From Gemmatimonadota bacterium (GTDB taxonomy: Bacteria > Gemmatimonadota > Gemmatimonadetes > Longimicrobiales > RSA9): DNA of 48,037 bases. Location: the NCBI GenBank assembly GCA_040905425.1, contig JBBDRO010000100.1:184402-232438 (forward strand), given 5' to 3'. Each line of letters opens with the position of its first letter. Position 1 is the stretch's first letter. A program made the position numbers and the translations under genes. Positions 47,985-48,037 of this stretch are shown here, in pieces. The notes under the pieces are model-generated. The model saw only the letters and a list, made by a program, of their open reading frames with translations, did not search any database and was not told the DNA's origin.

Positions 47985-48037
47985 TGTCAAGTACGGATAG
48001 AAATGTCCCCTACCTTCGGCGGATAGAAATGTCCCCT
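47985..48037. mobile_element. Probable IS terminus (ISNCY/IS1202-like or IS21-like), truncated at window edge
   Basis: Begins TGTCAAG, then two identical 18-bp repeats CGGATAGAAATGTCCCCT (47994-48011 and 48020-48037). This TGT-plus-iterated-site layout is typical of such IS ends. No transposase is visible. Confidence 0.65.

Noticed and set aside
47994..48037. Two identical 18-bp repeats as the start of a CRISPR array
   Set aside because: The spacer is only 8 bp, the repeat is too short and no cas genes are present. An IS-end layout fits better.

Overview
A very GC-rich bacterial window, almost entirely on the minus strand. Gene content and order suggest Gemmatimonadota, but that is inference only. 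About 45 kb is a housekeeping super-cluster. Read along the minus strand it runs lolA-rimO-hemL-spoIID-OMP-Gfo/Idh/MocA; rpmE-prfA-prmC-ylbF-like-PIP synthase-ino1-tmk-S41 protease-tauE-DMT-rex2-CMD-obgE-dprA-hemW-hrcA-dnaJ-prmA; hit-yqeY-mutS2-dnaG-Zn ribbon-recJ-rsmD-coaD-pta-rsbV/W/U-rsmA-HisKA; rex-arcA-dnaQ-like-MBL-thiolase-bioY-CPBP. The best candidate for an undescribed system is the last ~1.8 kb, next to an IS-like end at the window edge. There a TTGACA promoter precedes a ~410-nt highly structured leader whose two ends pair perfectly over 12 bp. It is followed by a 108-aa unknown protein, a DIP1984-family coiled-coil protein, and a ~170-nt RNA-like element in which a long bulged stem encloses a phased array of 7-nt repeats (CACCGGG-like). 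Other notable points: a perfect Rex operator over the rex-arcA promoter, a second divergent Rex, an orphan HisKA protein with a degenerate ATPase domain, an inositol-lipid gene pair, a CPBP protease missing its catalytic core, and a 24-bp VNTR in dprA. All calls come from reading the sequence; no searches or folding programs were run.
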